From the NCBI GenBank assembly GCA_000388065.2, contig KB932203.1: DNA of 64,000 nucleotides; one strand, 5' to 3'. This DNA is from Fonticula alba ATCC 38817. Taxonomy: Eukaryota > Protista > Nucleariida. Under the pieces are notes generated by a model that saw only the letters and a program-made list of their open reading frames with translations, did no database searches and was not told the DNA's origin. The translations under genes and the position numbers were made by a program. Position 1 is the stretch's first letter; every line of letters begins with the position of its first letter. Shown here piece after piece: positions 60,101 through 64,000 of this stretch.

Positions 60101-63100
60101 ACATTGTGGCGGTCAGGCCGGCATCACAAGAGGCCGATCAATGTGACCTGTCGAGTGGTGAAGGGGACGGGGCGCACCGCGGAGCCTCTGGGCGCCAGGG
60201 AGGGACGAGTGCGGAACGGTGCGATAGACACAGGGGATTGGTGGCGCGGTGGGGGGGGGGGGGATGCGCCCGTTCTTGCCGGCTCAGGAAGGGCGGAGGG
60301 GCTCAAGCCTACACAGGTTCATCGGGCGGGGGCGCCGCCACGGCACACACACACGCTCACACACGCACCTCCAGCCGAGCAAAGAGGTGCGCGGGTGCAG
60401 GGCCGGCGCCCGGACAGGCGCAGAGGCCGCAGCGGCCCCGCACCCGCGCCGGGGGCGCCCATTGCGCGACGCCGAGATGCCCGGACCGCATTGGTCGCCT
60501 CCCTCGCTCCACCAGGAGGGTGCCCCGGCCAAATAATGAGTCAACAGCGGTTCCCCGTCGACAAGCGCCTGCCGGGGGGTGTTCGTATGGTCGCACCACG
60601 GTTGCGGGGCGGAGCGAGGCCATTTCGCCCCCCCCCCCCCCCCCACCCCGGGGCCGAGCGGGCGCATGCGCATCCGGGCGCGGGCCGGGCCACCTGGGCA
60701 CCCCCTGCCGATCGGGAAGTATGCCCGCCTCCGGGCCCATTCGGGGGCGTATTTCTCCGAGGCGGGGCGCGGGGCCGGCACGAGGCCGCCAGCCGCGCAC
60801 CCCGGGACCTCCCTCCCAGAAACAGGCAGGGGAAGCCCCCCTCCAAGTGATCCCCGCCACGCGCGCATCCGCGCTCTCTTGGGGCTTTCCGGGTGGGGGT
60901 GCTCAGGCTGGAGAGGGGGGGGGGGGGGGGGGCGACCGACCAAGTACCCGCTCGCCCGGCCAGCGGGAGCATGAAAGTGGGCCGGTCTCCGGTGAGCGGC
61001 GGTACTCATAAGTCCCCGCGCGCCTCGCGGGCCCAAGACCCGACGGGGCCTCTGCCCCCAGGCGAGGGCGGCGGCTGGCTGTGGCCGGATTTTCATAACA
61101 TACACATGGGCCGAACCCTGCTTGCCCAGGACGCGTCACCCACCCGGACTCTTTTTTCATGCTCCCTCGTCCGCCTTGTCCCCCCGCGTCTGGCGCCCAT
61201 CCCCGCCCGGAGCGGCCACAGCACGGCCGAAGCACACACACACACACACAACACCGGCTGGACCCGCGCCCCCGAAGTGAGACCGTGCACAGGCAGCTGT
61301 CTCCCGGGAGGTGTCTCGCGCCGGTCGCGCCGCCCCCCTCGAGGAGAGCACCCGGGAGGACGCGCGTCGGGGGTGACATTGGGGCCGCGCGTCGGGCGGA
61401 CCCCCGCCCTCGTGCAGGCCATCACGATTCCGCGAGCAGCTCATGTGCCGGTCGGCCTGCACACACCCCGGCATCATCCGCTGGACCCATATGAAAGCGC
61501 TGGGCTGCAGTGGTCGCCGCCTGTGACATCGGCCCCGGGCGGCGGGTCTTTTTCCCTCTCACCCCCCCCCNNNNNNNNNNNNNNNNNNNNNNNNNNNNNN
61601 NNNNNNNNNNNNNNNNNNNNNNNNNNNNNNNNNNNNNNNNNNNNNNNNNNNNNNNNNNNNNNNNNNNNNNNNNNNNNNNNNNNNNNNNNNNNNNNNNNNN
61701 NNNNNNNNNNNNNNNNNNNNNNNNNNNNNNNNNNNNNNNNNNNNNNNNNNNNNNNNNNNNNNNNNNNNNNNNNNNNNNNNNNNNNNNNNNNNNNNNNNNN
61801 NNNNNNNNNNNNNNNNNNNNNNNNNNNNNNNNNNNNNNNNNNNNNNNNNNNNNNNNNNNNNNNNNNNNNNNNNNNNNNNNNNNNNNNNNNNNNNNNNNNN
61901 NNNNNNNNNNNNNNNNNNNNNNNNNNNNNNNNNNNNNNNNNNNNNNNNNNNNNNNNNNNNNNNNNNNNNNNNNNNNNNNNNNNNNNNNNNNNNNNGGGGG
62001 GGGGGGGCAGCGGCGCGCCCCTGTCGCGCGCACGCGCGCCCGGGCATCCCAGCCCCGACCCCCGCGCCCCACGGGTGTGTTGTGGCCGTCGTGACCGCCC
62101 CGGCAGAGGCCCCGCCCCCCGGGGCGCGGGGGGCCAGCGTGGGGCTCTTTCCCTTATTAATCCCCGAACTTCACGCGCAAACGGGCGGCTCCCGGGCGTC
62201 TTCGCCCCGCCACCCCCCCCCCCCGGCATACGCCCGGCTTGTGGCACGCATACTCCGAGGGGAGACATATATACACTTCCACCCGGCTGAGTGGGCACGG
62301 GTGGCCGGCCCCCGGCAGGCCGGCCGCGTGTGACCTCATGACCGCGGCGGGGTGACGACGCCCGCTCGCCCGGGACAGGCTGCCGTAGCGGCTCCGGCCC
62401 CGGCCCCGGCCCCGGCCCCGGCCGGGACTTGACACCTTGGCGGGGCCGCACCGGGCACCGGCCCCCGGGCGTGTCCGGGGGGGGGGGGGGGGGATGGGGG
62501 GCCGGGGGGAGGCACACCGGAGCACCCCCGTCGCTCGGGCGCATGGTCCCGCCTGCCCCGTGTCGAATTGACACCGGAAGCAGTGGGGTGCTGTGCGCGC
62601 GCGCGCGCTCGCGCGAACAAACCACAGGGCGGTTTGTCCTCTCCTCCCTGGCAGGGAGTGAGCCTCCCCCCGCCCCCCCGCCCGGCCCTTGCTCCCTCCC
62701 GGCCGGGGTCGTCCCTCCGGGGCATTGTGAAAATCAGCCCGGACAAGGGTGTGACTCCCCGCCATGGGGGCCGGCCCCTGCCCGCCTCGGGGCGGTGCAG
62801 GGGGCGGAGCCGCACACGCGCCTTGCCTTGCCATATGTACGCACACATGCGCACGCAGCGGCAGCCCTGTCTAGAGGTCGCAGTCGGTCGTGCCCGCCCC
62901 CGCCCATCGGGTCCGCACCACTGCACTGCGCGGCCGCGCCCCCGCCGGCACCGACCCCGGGTCGAGTCCAACCACAGGGCGGCGATTGGGGTGGTCGCGC
63001 GTGGGACAGGGGGGGGGGGGGTCGCGAGGCCCCCTCACTCCGGCTCCCGACCCCGGAGATGCCTCGTCCGGCATCGGCCGGGGACCAATTTTCCCGGCGT

Positions 63101-64000
63101 CAGGCGTCCCAGCTCCTCGGGGCGGGACGGGGGGGGGGGGCACATTCACTCACACGCTGGGAGCCCCACCTTCACGGCCCGCAGGAGGAGGGCCCACCCG
63201 AACCTCACTTGCTTCCTCGCTGCCCCTTCGTGCCCAGCCCGGGCGCGTCGGTGGGGGTGTGGGCGCCCGGGAGCGGCGCGGTGCACATGCGCACGCCCCC
63301 CGAGGGAGGGGAGGGGGGCGGGGAGAAACCGCGCCCCCACTCGGGTGCGCCCCCACTTTTAACTGCCCTCCAAGCACCCCCGCCGGCGCGGTCCCGGAGG
63401 AAAGAGCTATCACAGAGCATACAGCCTCATTCGACCCACCGCACGCTCCTATAGCCCTGCCCCACTTCCCCTCCCCATTCCCCCCCCCCACCTCATCACT
63501 CACNNNNNNNNNNCCCCCCCCCGGTGGTCGGGGGATCGCGCGTATCATTGCTGGCCCGGGTGAAATTCGGCCCCCCCCCCTCTCCCGTTGCCCCTTTGTT
63601 CCCCCTAGCCGGCCTCGCCCGACTCGAGCCCGAGTGCCCGAGGACGCTTACAGGCTCCGGACGGTAGCCGGGCCGCGTGCTGGCGAGCGCCAGGCAGGCC
63701 AACGCGGCCGGCATAATCGTCTTACCCGGTCGGCCCTCGGGCTTACTTGCAACGACCGCCACCGCGACCAGGCGCGATCTCGGTCTCCCCCCTGTCCTGG
63801 TGCGCCTCCGGGTGTGGGGGCGCCCGGGAGCGGGTGTCGCCCCGCCTGGCGTACGAGCATGGTGATGAGACACGTAGGTGTGCTGGCCTGGGGGACCCGG
63901 CGGCCCGCGCACTCCTCGGTCCCCCCCGAGGACGTGCTCGCCAGGCGCATGCACCTGGAGCGGGAGAGGCTGTCGCGTCGCCCCCCCCCCCCCCCCCCCC

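Overview
Eukaryotic, very GC-rich, intron-rich draft scaffold with short GT-AG introns (frequent GTGCGT/GTACGT donors, CTRAC/CTCAC branch points), long C/G homopolymers, CA/GA microsatellites and many N gaps. Style and gene content fit a unicellular opisthokont amoeba such as Fonticula alba (inference, not proven). Left to right: 3' part of a giant mostly disordered protein (>3300 aa, one ~9 kb exon); a head-to-head pair of small probable mitochondrial proteins; a multipass membrane protein and an upstream disordered ORF; a 5-exon Cys-rich secreted, probably GPI-anchored protein; an unidentified spliced gene; a compact biotin-protein ligase; folliculin (FLCN/Lst7) head-to-head with NBAS/Sec39; an animal/plant-type bifunctional mRNA capping enzyme; a truncated MFSD6-like transporter; and a polyQ low-complexity protein between two long gene-poor stretches. 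The clearest structural anomaly: two internal capping-enzyme exons lie out of order, upstream of the gene start, on a 456-bp island flanked by 10-N gaps, while a 623-N gap sits exactly where they belong. This is most likely a misplaced contig. I found no rRNA, tRNA, CRISPR array or recognisable transposon. Most ORFs in the supplied track are GC-driven shadow ORFs. All gene models were read by hand and need RNA-seq confirmation.
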